64,000 bases of DNA from an uncultured Kineothrix sp. (GTDB lineage Bacteria; Bacillota; Clostridia; Lachnospirales; Lachnospiraceae), in NCBI GenBank assembly GCA_910587275.1, contig CAJUMD010000005.1, positions 2,868 to 66,867 on the forward strand, in the 5' to 3' direction. Positions within the stretch are counted from its first letter, which is position 1, and the number at the start of each line of letters is the position of its first letter. Below, one piece after another: positions 20,550 through 29,392 of the stretch. Made by a program: the position numbers and the translations under genes. The notes beneath the pieces were generated by a model. That model was not told the DNA's origin, ran no database searches, and saw nothing but the letters and a program-made list of their open reading frames with translations.

Positions 20550-21071
20550 ATGGAACAGTTGAATCTAACATCGACAAAGGATAGCGAGGGAGTATATAAA
20601 ATATTAGGCGATTTAATGAGCATGGATAAGGAATTCCAGATTATGATTACGGTACCGTCCAACCAAAAGGAGTCTTCCGCACCGGGGCAGGATGTAACGG
20701 TGAAAAATGTGTACGGGGCGAGGGATTTGGAAAAGGACGTGACGGACATCATCCATGAAATCGGCGTTCCGGCACATATCAAGGGCTACCAGTACCTGAG
20801 GGAGGCAATCATGATGTCCGTGGAGGACAATGAGATGCTCAATTCCATTACCAAGGTACTGTATCCGTCCATAGCCAAGAAGTACCAGACCACGCCGAGC
20901 AGAGTGGAGCGCGCCATCCGTCATGCCATTGAAGTAGCGTGGAGCAGGGGGAAGATGGAAACGCTGGACGCCATGTTCGGGTATACCATCAATACGGGAA
21001 AAGGAAAACCCACCAATTCGGAGTTTATCGCGCTGATTGCGGATAAAATAAGGCTGCAGTACAAAAATTAA
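20550..21071 (+). CDS. spo0A: Spo0A orthologue lacking most of the receiver domain (Spo0A C-terminal DNA-binding domain protein)
   Basis: [34 protein letters not shown] and KPTNSEFIA are intact; position after spoIVB; AAAGGAG RBS; only 173 aa. Confidence 0.9.
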   Translation: MEQLNLTSTKDSEGVYKILGDLMSMDKEFQIMITVPSNQKESSAPGQDVTVKNVYGARDLEKDVTDIIHEIGVPAHIKGYQYLREAIMMSVEDNEMLNSITKVLYPSIAKKYQTTPSRVERAIRHAIEVAWSRGKMETLDAMFGYTINTGKGKPTNSEFIALIADKIRLQYKN

Positions 21072-21149
21072 TAGGAAAATTTAGCAATTACTCCTTTTAA
21101 ACCCTTCCGAGATGATGTATAATAGCCATAAGTATATGGAGGTACAGCT

Positions 21150-22595
21150 ATGAAAAAAATATTATTTGTTGCATCGGAAGGCGTACCGTTTATCAAAACG
21201 GGGGGCTTGGCAGACGTAGTCGGTTCTCTGCCGAAATGTATTGATAAGGAATATTTTGACGTAAGGGTCATGATTCCGAAATATACCTGCATGACGCAGG
21301 AGATGAAGGATAAGATGACTTATAAGACCCACTTTTACATGGATTTTAACTGGAAGAACGAGTATGTGGGGATTATGGAAGCGCAGGTGGACGGGGTAAC
21401 TTATTATTTCATTGACAATGAGATGATGTTTTCCGGGTTCCGCCCGTACAACGATAATGTATTGGATGAAATTACGAAGTTTTCGTTTTTCTCGAAAGCA
21501 AGTTTGTCGGCGCTTCCCCTGCTCGATTTCCGGCCGGATGTCATCCACTGCCATGACTGGCAGACCGGACTGGTTCCGGTATACTTAAAGGAGCGTTTCC
21601 AGGGGAATGAATTTTTCCGCGGCATTAAGACCGTCATGACGATTCATAACCTGAAATTCCAGGGGAAATGGGATGTGAAGACCGTGAAATCCATTACCGG
21701 GCTGCCGGATTATTTCTTTACGCCCGACAAACTGGAAGCCTATAAGGATGCGAACCTGTTAAAAGGCGGGTTGGTATATGCAGATGCCATTACCACGGTC
21801 AGCGATACGTATGCGGAGGAAATCAAGACAGAGTTCTTCGGCGAGGGGTTAAACGGTCTGCTCCAGGCGAGGAGCGGCGACCTGCGCGGTATCGTCAACG
21901 GTATCGACTATGATGATTTTAACCCGGAGACGGATAAGTATATTGAACATAAATACAATGCGGTAAACTTCCGTAAGGAGAAGGTGAAGAATAAACGCGC
22001 GCTGCAGGCAGAGCTGGGACTGGAACAGGACGACAAGAAGATGTTAATCGGTATCGTGTCGAGACTGACGGACCAGAAGGGTTTTGACCTGATTGACTAT
22101 ATGATGGACGAGATTTGCCAGGATGCGGTACAGGTGGTGGTACTTGGAACCGGTGAGGAACGTTATGAGAATATGTTCCGCCATTTTGCCTGGAAATATC
22201 ATGATAAGGTTTCCGCCAATATTTTCTATTCCGAAGGGCTGTCCCATAAGATTTACGCGGCGAGCGACGTATTCTTAATGCCTTCCCTGTTTGAGCCCTG
22301 CGGATTGAGCCAGTTGATGGCGCTGCGCTATGGTACGGTGCCCATCGTGAGGGAGACAGGTGGATTAAAGGATACGGTACAGGCATACAATGAGTATGAG
22401 AATACGGGAACGGGCTTCAGCTTCAAGAATTACAATGCCCATGAGATGCTGGCATCCATCCGTTACGCAGAGCGCATCTATTATGACAAGAAGCGCGAGT
22501 GGAACAAGATTATTGACAGGGGAATGTCCGCAGACTTCTCATGGCACGTATCCGCAAAGAAATATCAGGAAATGTATGATTGGCTGATTGGCTGA
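21150..22595 (+). CDS. glgA: Glycogen synthase
   Basis: KTGGLADV, HCHDWQ, PSLFEPCGLSQL, TGGLKDTV. Confidence 0.95.
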   Translation: MKKILFVASEGVPFIKTGGLADVVGSLPKCIDKEYFDVRVMIPKYTCMTQEMKDKMTYKTHFYMDFNWKNEYVGIMEAQVDGVTYYFIDNEMMFSGFRPYNDNVLDEITKFSFFSKASLSALPLLDFRPDVIHCHDWQTGLVPVYLKERFQGNEFFRGIKTVMTIHNLKFQGKWDVKTVKSITGLPDYFFTPDKLEAYKDANLLKGGLVYADAITTVSDTYAEEIKTEFFGEGLNGLLQARSGDLRGIVNGIDYDDFNPETDKYIEHKYNAVNFRKEKVKNKRALQAELGLEQDDKKMLIGIVSRLTDQKGFDLIDYMMDEICQDAVQVVVLGTGEERYENMFRHFAWKYHDKVSANIFYSEGLSHKIYAASDVFLMPSLFEPCGLSQLMALRYGTVPIVRETGGLKDTVQAYNEYENTGTGFSFKNYNAHEMLASIRYAERIYYDKKREWNKIIDRGMSADFSWHVSAKKYQEMYDWLIG

Positions 22596-22619
22596 TTGGC
22601 TAAAAGGACGGAACGGTTT

Positions 22620-24299
22620 ATGTCTGAAAAGAATCATGCGTCTCAGAAAAGCGGTAAAAGAGACGGTTTTATCATGCAGGCAGGCATTTTGGCGGCGGCA
22701 TCGGTGATTTGCAGAATCATCGGTCTGCTGTACAAAAGCCCGCTGACCGGAATCATCGGGGATGAGGGAAACGGTTATTATAATACGGCGTATAATATTT
22801 ATACCATTATCCTTTTGGTATCCTCATACAGCATTCCGTCGGCAATTGCAAAGGTGCTGGCACAGAGACTTGCGCTGAAAGAGTACCGTAACGCACAGCG
22901 GATTTTTAAATGCGCTTTGGTGTATGTTATGGTAGTCGGAGGAGTGGCAAGTCTTGTGTTGTTTCTATGGGCGCCTGTTTTTGTCATGGGAAATTCCGTT
23001 ACGGTCCTGCGTTTTTTTGCCCCTACGATTTTCCTGTATGGGCTGCTGGGGGTGCTGCGCGGATATTTCCAGGCGCACCGGACGATGCTGCAGACTTCTT
23101 TTTCCCAGATTTTGGAGCAGATACTGAATGCGGCGGTGAGCCTTGGAGCGGCATACGGGCTCATGCGGATGGCGGCGGCACAGGAGTTTGACGGCAGCAT
23201 ACAGGCGATGTACGGAGCCATCGGGAGTGCCCTGGGAACCGGTTCGGGTGTGCTGATTGCGCTGCTTTTCATGGCGGGGGTTTATCTGTTAAACCGGAAG
23301 ATGATTGCGCGGAGGATTGCAAACGACAGGTCGAAGACGGGAGAATCCTATGGGGATATTTTTAAGATGATGATGGCGGTGGTAACACCGTTTATTTTAA
23401 GTACCTGTATATACAATCTGACGACTTCCTTAAACCAAACCGTGTATTCCAAGATGATGGTACATATCAAGCAGATGGATGCGGTGACGGTAACGGTTAC
23501 TTATGGGATTATGGCGGGAAAAGCGGTGACGATAGCCAATATTCCCATCGCTCTTGCCTCGGCGATGTCTTCTGCCATCGTGCCTGCCATCGCGTCCACG
23601 TATGCGCAGGGCGCGGTGAAGCAGACGAAGAAGAAGGTGGCTTCGGCAATCAAAGTGACGATGCTGATTTCCATTCCGGCGGCGGTAGGTATCGGAGTAT
23701 TGGCAAAACCGGTGATGATGGCGCTTTTTCCGCAGAAGGATTCTTTGGAACTGGCTTCCGGGCTTTTGATGGTATTGGCGGCGACGGTGGTTTTTTATGG
23801 GCTTTCCACCCTGACCAATGCGGTGCTGCAGGGCATCGGAAGGGTGAACACGCCGGTCATCAATGCGGTGACTGCATTGGTGGTGCAGACGGCGCTGCTT
23901 GTGCCGCTGCTTTATTATACGGAAATGGGAATTTACGCGGTGGCGGTGGCGACGGTGGTATATTCGCTCCTCATGTGTATCCTGAACAATTTGTTCATGC
24001 GCAAATATTTGAAATACAAACAGGAAATCGATAAGACCTTTGCCCGTCCGATGTTTGCGGCGGCGCTGATGGGAGCGCTGGCATACGGGGTATACGTGAT
24101 GGCATCCGATTTGCTGGAACTGGTTATTCCTTCGGAATATTTCGTAAACCTGGCTGCCCTTGGCGCGGCAGTGGTGATGGGAGGCTGCCTGTATTTCGTA
24201 CTGGTGATTAAACTGCGGGCGGTGCGGGAAGCGGATTTAAAAGCGATGCCGAAAGGGCATGTTTTCCTTAAAATTGCGCGGAAGCTACGGTTGTTGTAG
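22620..24299 (+). CDS. MOP-family flippase (SpoVB/MurJ-like polysaccharide biosynthesis protein)
   Basis: Many TM helices; RIIGLLY..PL..IIGDEGNG, LRGYFQ, SQILEQI. Confidence 0.88.
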   Translation: MSEKNHASQKSGKRDGFIMQAGILAAASVICRIIGLLYKSPLTGIIGDEGNGYYNTAYNIYTIILLVSSYSIPSAIAKVLAQRLALKEYRNAQRIFKCALVYVMVVGGVASLVLFLWAPVFVMGNSVTVLRFFAPTIFLYGLLGVLRGYFQAHRTMLQTSFSQILEQILNAAVSLGAAYGLMRMAAAQEFDGSIQAMYGAIGSALGTGSGVLIALLFMAGVYLLNRKMIARRIANDRSKTGESYGDIFKMMMAVVTPFILSTCIYNLTTSLNQTVYSKMMVHIKQMDAVTVTVTYGIMAGKAVTIANIPIALASAMSSAIVPAIASTYAQGAVKQTKKKVASAIKVTMLISIPAAVGIGVLAKPVMMALFPQKDSLELASGLLMVLAATVVFYGLSTLTNAVLQGIGRVNTPVINAVTALVVQTALLVPLLYYTEMGIYAVAVATVVYSLLMCILNNLFMRKYLKYKQEIDKTFARPMFAAALMGALAYGVYVMASDLLELVIPSEYFVNLAALGAAVVMGGCLYFVLVIKLRAVREADLKAMPKGHVFLKIARKLRLL

Positions 24300-25331
24300 C
24301 GTATGCGCGTTTTGAAAATCGTTTCCGCCGGCTGCACGCCCTAACAGTTTAAATTCCTCCAGGAAAATGCAGTTTTTCAACGTACCTTCCAAAATTCCTT
24401 CCAGACAGGTCCGGTAATCCATCCAAATGACCGATTCGATTTCCGATTCCTGCAGGGTAAGGGCAGAGATATCCAAGGGTTTTTCATAAAGATAAACGGC
24501 GCTGTATTCGTTGTCGTGGAACGGTTTTCCCCCGAATTCCATGCGGACGTTGACCTGCCGGTAACCGAGGAAACGCAGGTCTTTGGGAGCGGCGGTGATG
24601 CCCAATTCTTCTTCCAGTTCGCGGAGGGCGGATTCCATATAGCCGCATCCGGCGGGGATATGGCCGGCGGAGAATATATCATGGCATCCGGGATAGCTTT
24701 CCTTTGTCCCGGCGCGTTTTTGGAGCAGGACATCGAAACTGCCGGCAGCGTTGGGGCGGGTAATCCATACATGGGCGGTACGGTGTCTGTTTCCGTAGCG
24801 GTGTACAAGGGAGCGTTCCCGGACTTTTCCGGTAGGGTTTCCTTTCCCGTCCACGAGGTCGAGGAGTTCCATGGGTTTGGCATTTAATACCGCTTCCTTT
24901 AAGATGTTTCCCTCGTATTTCAGTTTCAGGCAGAAAAAGGGAGCATTTTCTTTTATGAGCTCAAAGAAAATCAGGTCCCCTTCCCAAAGTTCCAAATCCG
25001 CCACGGCGTCCTTTTTTACCCATTCCAGCGTTCCCTCGCTACATTCTATTAACGTTCCGGTGAAACCGTCTGCCGTGTACAGGCACATGTGGTAGTCGGT
25101 GATTTCGTCGTACTGGAACGTGACGATACCGCGGAAGCGGAAAGAGGTCAGCGTCAGCCCCGTTTCTTCATAGGTCTCCCTTAACAGGCATTCGTCGGGG
25201 CTTTCCCCGCTTTCAAAATGTCCCCCGATGCCAATCCATTTATCTTTGTTTATGTCTTTTTCTTTTTTTATCCGGTGGAGCATCAGGTAAGAGTCTTCTT
25301 TTTCGATATAGCAGAGTGTAGTCAGTGTCAT
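24285..25331 (-). CDS. Tandem two-domain Nudix hydrolase
   Basis: Two Nudix boxes (GGHFESGE...RETYEETG and AGHIPAG...RELEEELG); AAAGAGG RBS. Confidence 0.88.
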   Translation of the reverse strand: MTLTTLCYIEKEDSYLMLHRIKKEKDINKDKWIGIGGHFESGESPDECLLRETYEETGLTLTSFRFRGIVTFQYDEITDYHMCLYTADGFTGTLIECSEGTLEWVKKDAVADLELWEGDLIFFELIKENAPFFCLKLKYEGNILKEAVLNAKPMELLDLVDGKGNPTGKVRERSLVHRYGNRHRTAHVWITRPNAAGSFDVLLQKRAGTKESYPGCHDIFSAGHIPAGCGYMESALRELEEELGITAAPKDLRFLGYRQVNVRMEFGGKPFHDNEYSAVYLYEKPLDISALTLQESEIESVIWMDYRTCLEGILEGTLKNCIFLEEFKLLGRAAGGNDFQNAHTLQQP

Positions 25332-25401
25332 GCGCATATTCCTCTTTCCGTGTAAAATTATGGATTTCCGGTAATACATTGGTTTGCGGATTCCGTGGAT
25401 G

Positions 25402-25430
25402 ATTATACCATGACAATATATTTTGTGCAA
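25402..25430 (-). promoter_or_regulatory. Sigma-A promoter of the Nudix gene
   Basis: Minus strand TTGCAC-N17-TATAAT with TG extension. Confidence 0.65.
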
Positions 25431-25468
25431 TTAGCGCCGGAAGCGAAAAGCAAAGGTAAAAATTACCT

Positions 25469-25497
25469 TAATAATTATTTCATCTCCGCTAATACTA
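25469..25497 (+). promoter_or_regulatory. Putative sigma-G promoter of the SASP gene
   Basis: TAATAA-N16-AATACTA; SASP genes are known sigma-G targets. Confidence 0.5.
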
Positions 25498-25503
25498 ACA
25501 TCA

Positions 25504-25606
25504 AGATAAGTGATAAAGTTCCTGCTTAATCCGGATGCGGAAACGTGTTTGGGGTAAGCAATAAAAGAACGGAAATTGCTTATCTCAAATATAGATAGCG
25601 AAAGCT
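25504..25606 (+). ncRNA. Structured 5' leader of the SASP mRNA (family unknown)
   Basis: Multi-segment rod hairpin 25504-25585 with a GAAA tetraloop and several G-U pairs, plus an AGC-GAAA-GCT mini hairpin. Confidence 0.55.
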
Positions 25607-25634
25607 CGAAATTATAAATTGGAGGTGAAAGAAG

Positions 25635-25835
25635 ATGGCAAACAGCAAATCTAATAGAGTAGAAGTTCCTGAAGCTAAGGCAGCCATGGACCGTTTTAAG
25701 ACTGAGGTCGCTTCTGAATTAGGTGTTAACCTGAAAGAAGGTTACAACGGTGATTTAACATCTAAGGAAGCCGGCTCTATCGGTGGCGAGATGGTTCGTC
25801 GGATGATTAAGAAGCAGGAAGAAGAAATGAAATAA
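25635..25835 (+). CDS. Alpha/beta-type small acid-soluble spore protein
   Basis: FKTEVASELGV (GPR cleavage site), LTSKEAGSIGGEMVRRM; GGAGGTG RBS. Confidence 0.95.
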   Translation: MANSKSNRVEVPEAKAAMDRFKTEVASELGVNLKEGYNGDLTSKEAGSIGGEMVRRMIKKQEEEMK

Positions 25836-25880
25836 GAACCGGAATAAAAACCGGAAATAGGAAATAACCGGCAACGGTTA

Positions 25881-25914
25881 AAAGGAGGATGTCCGACCAA
25901 GGGCATCCTCCTTT
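25881..25914. terminator. Terminator hairpin after the SASP gene
   Basis: AAAGGAGGATGTCC-loop-GGGCATCCTCCTTT. Confidence 0.8.
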
Positions 25915-25970
25915 GTGCGTTGTACGGAAGACAGACCAAAAAGCCTGTATAACGCACAGACCGCATAAAA

Positions 25971-26627
25971 CTATTTTAAAAGTTCCAGCATTAGTTTGCG
26001 GGCATCATGGAAGCCCATCTGATAAGCGGCAGCGCCATATTCGGAACCGGTGGCATTGGCGGCGGAAACTGCTTTGTCAACGGCTTTTTTCTGCTCGGCG
26101 CTTAAACCGCACTGATCCAGTTGGTTCATTTCCGCCTGATATTCCTTCCGGGCGTTTTGGTACTCCTCATTTTGGTTAAGCGCTTCTTCCAGCGAACTGA
26201 ATTTGCGTTCCTCAAAAATCTGTTTCAGGATGCTGCTTTCTTCCGGCGCATCCCCGGTCTTGTTTTCCGCGGGGGTTGTGAGGGAGGCTATGTAGTTTTT
26301 CAAAACTTTTTCGATTCCTGCCGATTTCGGGCTGTAGTAGCCTTGGTCGAGGATTTTATATAACTGGAACCCTATCAGTACGCCCATCTGCAGGTAAACG
26401 TCGCTGTGGGTTACAACTAATTTGGATATGGCATCCTGCAAATCTTCACTATTACGGTCTGCCGAAGGGAAAAGTTCTTCCAACCGGTCAAAAATTTCAT
26501 GGTAAGATTTGTTAATCCTTTGCTCGAAAGAATCCGTGATTTCGGACATGGGTTCGGAACCGTATAAGAAATAGGCGGCTATGCGGCTTAAATCGATTCG
26601 TTCGAGAACCTCTGTGAATTCAGTCAT
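25971..26627 (-). CDS. Hypothetical helical protein with two similar modules (DUF6809-like)
   Basis: Strong RBS GAAAGGAAGG; both halves end in a Y..G...G/A..L motif. Family assignment is tentative. Confidence 0.7.
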   Translation of the reverse strand: MTEFTEVLERIDLSRIAAYFLYGSEPMSEITDSFEQRINKSYHEIFDRLEELFPSADRNSEDLQDAISKLVVTHSDVYLQMGVLIGFQLYKILDQGYYSPKSAGIEKVLKNYIASLTTPAENKTGDAPEESSILKQIFEERKFSSLEEALNQNEEYQNARKEYQAEMNQLDQCGLSAEQKKAVDKAVSAANATGSEYGAAAYQMGFHDARKLMLELLK

Positions 26628-26930
26628 TTGTGTTACCTTCCTTTCTTTTGTGTGGTTTTCGTATTTTTATGTGTCCCTCTTTTGTCTCCTTTTTTTTGTT
26701 TGTTTGTAAATGGTTTTCTGTAAATCAGACTTAAGCTATACTAATATGCAATTCCGATAATATAATACACATATTTATGATGTCTGTAAAAATTATAACA
26801 CAAGATAGAGGGGTTTGGTAGGGGGAATTTGAAAAAAATGTAAATATGAAGTTTTTGTGAAGGCATTGCGAACTTTTTAAATTCGTGATAGTTTATATAA
26901 AAAGAAAAAACATGGGAACAGGAGAATGGT

Positions 26931-28325
26931 ATGAGATTGCCGGAAGAAAACGAGTACAGTAATTCTGGTCTGTTTATGAAATATATGGCGGTGGGAGTCG
27001 GTCTTTGTCTGCTGCTGATTGTGGGGACGGTTATTTGGACCAACAAAGCCGGGGAAGCGAAGAAACGCAAAGAAGCGCAGGAAAGCCAGGTGCTGGTGCT
27101 GGAACACGGGGAAGATACGGCAGGCAGCGGACAGACCGGGAACAGCCAAAACGAAAATGCAGGTACCAAAACCGCTGCGGGCGGGAATTCCGGGAACGGA
27201 CAGGGCGGAACCGCACAGACGGGAAATACGGCGGCAAACGTTCCGGGGACGGATGCTTCCGTGAAACCTTCTGCCAACGGTCCGGTGATGAATTTTAACG
27301 GGACGAAACCGCTGGAGGAGGTGGAACGCCTTTATGCGGAAAATAAACTGGTAGCATCGGATTTGGATTTTTGGGATATGTATCCGAAAAATACGCCGTC
27401 CGGTATGGGCGGCGCGGCTGCAGGGACGGCAGGGAATGCGGCAGGCAGCCAAAACGGGGGAGAAAACGGCAGTTCGGACGGGGAACCTTATGCACGGTAT
27501 GACGAGGAAGCGGAGCGGGAAGCGCGCAAAGAGGAGGAGAAGGAGGAACAGGACCCTTCCAGGGACGGCAAGCATACGAAGGTGACGCTTGCAAACGGCG
27601 AGGAGGAATGGGTGCTGATCAATCCTTATTTGGAGAAAAATACTTATGACTATACCAAACTAAAGATGAAAAATGATTTGGCGTCTTATGCGGACGGCAA
27701 TACTTTTTCCTATGTGGGTGCGGACCTGTCCAAATACAACGGGGAAGTGGATTTCGTAACGCTAAAGCAGTCGGGGGTTTCCTTTGTGATGCTCCGGCTT
27801 GGAATGCGCGGGTATGGAAGCGGAGAGATAATGCTGGATGAGAAGTTTACGGATTATATCACGAAAGCGTCCGAAGCGGGGCTGGACATCGGCATATATT
27901 TCTATTCCCAGGCATTGACGGAGGAGGAAGCCGCAGAGGAAGCGAATTTCGTCATTCAGAACCTTGCCAATTACCAGGTTACCATTACCTATCCGGTGGC
28001 ATTTGACATGGAATACGTTCCCAACGACACGGCGCGGGTGGAGGCGTTAAACCGGGAGGAGAAAACGAAGGTGGCAAAGGTTTTCCTCGATACGGTTAAA
28101 AATGCGGGCTACAAGCCCATGGTGTACGGCACGAAGGAATGGCTGCTTAAGCAGGTGGATTTAACAAAGCTGACGGATTATGACATATGGCTCTCCCAGC
28201 AGGAGGAAGCGCCGGATTACCCGTACAAGTTCCAAATATGGCAGTACACGCGGGAAGGAAGCCTGGCGGGGGCGGATGGGGATGTACATCTGAACATCAG
28301 CTTTGTGGACTATTCGGAAAAATAG
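26931..28325 (+). CDS. Membrane-anchored glycoside hydrolase family 25 (muramidase)
   Basis: N-terminal TM, long G/N/T-rich linker, DLSKYNG, GIYFYSQA, PVAFDMEY, IWQYT. Confidence 0.9.
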   Translation: MRLPEENEYSNSGLFMKYMAVGVGLCLLLIVGTVIWTNKAGEAKKRKEAQESQVLVLEHGEDTAGSGQTGNSQNENAGTKTAAGGNSGNGQGGTAQTGNTAANVPGTDASVKPSANGPVMNFNGTKPLEEVERLYAENKLVASDLDFWDMYPKNTPSGMGGAAAGTAGNAAGSQNGGENGSSDGEPYARYDEEAEREARKEEEKEEQDPSRDGKHTKVTLANGEEEWVLINPYLEKNTYDYTKLKMKNDLASYADGNTFSYVGADLSKYNGEVDFVTLKQSGVSFVMLRLGMRGYGSGEIMLDEKFTDYITKASEAGLDIGIYFYSQALTEEEAAEEANFVIQNLANYQVTITYPVAFDMEYVPNDTARVEALNREEKTKVAKVFLDTVKNAGYKPMVYGTKEWLLKQVDLTKLTDYDIWLSQQEEAPDYPYKFQIWQYTREGSLAGADGDVHLNISFVDYSEK

Positions 28326-29121
28326 CATAAATCTTAGGCGACAGCTTAAGGCGTGAATAAATATCGGCATATGCCGCAGGCGAAAGCCCTTCGATGTAAT
28401 TGAGGGGAAAATTGCGGTTTATGCCGTTTTTTTTCAGTACGTCCACCGCCTTATTGTAGGCGATGGCGGCTTCTTCTTCGGTGTCGTAAGTTCCCACCAC
28501 ATAATTGCTGCAGACATGAATCCGGACTTTATAACAAAATTCCTGGCTGCCGGTTCCGGCAGAGCGCGGGATGCGGGTGATGCCATGGAACCGGTTTAGG
28601 ATTTCAATGTTTTCATAACGGAAATCCGTAGAATCACCATTGATGAAACGGTAATCTTTTTCCTGTACCGCATAATTTTTCACCCCGTACCGGTTCAGGA
28701 TGCTAAACTGCATTCCGTAATCGTTTACAAAAAGATGTCCTCCCCGGCGCATGATTTTTTTCGTGGAATAATAGAACAGGTCATCAATATCAAATTTTAA
28801 TGCCTGCGCAGGCTCCATATAATAAAGGAAAAACTTTTTTTTCAGGTAAATCGGGGTCGGGAAATAAATTCCGTTATCCCGGAAATTCAACAGACTGACC
28901 CATTTTCCAAAAGAGAGCGGTGAGGAAGGCGGATAATCCCCGATGGTCAAATCCGCGTTTTCCGCCGCCATCCGTGCGTCCTCATAAGCACGGTGCGCTG
29001 TCTGCGCATCCCCAAAACTTCCCAGGCTGATATGTTTTTTCTTAAACGTGATGGAAGCCCGGTAGTAAACGGAATGATCCTTTTTCTTTGCAACATAAAC
29101 TCCTGTCAGCCGATGATTCAT
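28297..29121 (-). CDS. AP2-domain DNA-binding protein with a degenerate HNH-like middle
   Basis: GVY...YRASI...ISLGSF....AHRAY and HGI...YKVRI...VVGTYDTEEEAAIAYN are both AP2-like; FINGDSTDFRYENI is HNH-like; AGAAAGG RBS. Confidence 0.75.
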   Translation of the reverse strand: MNHRLTGVYVAKKKDHSVYYRASITFKKKHISLGSFGDAQTAHRAYEDARMAAENADLTIGDYPPSSPLSFGKWVSLLNFRDNGIYFPTPIYLKKKFFLYYMEPAQALKFDIDDLFYYSTKKIMRRGGHLFVNDYGMQFSILNRYGVKNYAVQEKDYRFINGDSTDFRYENIEILNRFHGITRIPRSAGTGSQEFCYKVRIHVCSNYVVGTYDTEEEAAIAYNKAVDVLKKNGINRNFPLNYIEGLSPAAYADIYSRLKLSPKIYAIFPNSPQS

Positions 29122-29217
29122 AGCCACATCCTTTCTTACGGTTCTTTTTTCCGCCGTTTTCCGCATCCGTGTCGGAATGACACGCAAAAACGCAGGCTGC
29201 GTCGTAATTTTACCATG

Positions 29218-29246
29218 ATTATACCATTTCGCCAAAAAGAATACAA
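29218..29246 (-). promoter_or_regulatory. Sigma-A promoter of the AP2 gene
   Basis: Minus strand TTGTAT-N17-TATAAT with TG extension. Confidence 0.55.
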
Positions 29247-29392
29247 ATTTAGAAATATTTTAGATATAATTTTGGGACTTCCTGTATAAAATATTAAAGA
29301 AGTATTACATTTGTGTGACATTGAGACAGGAAATTGGCGTCGGAATGTTGGAATCCGGCAGCCAAAATCGGAAATGGGAAAAGGATGGTAAC

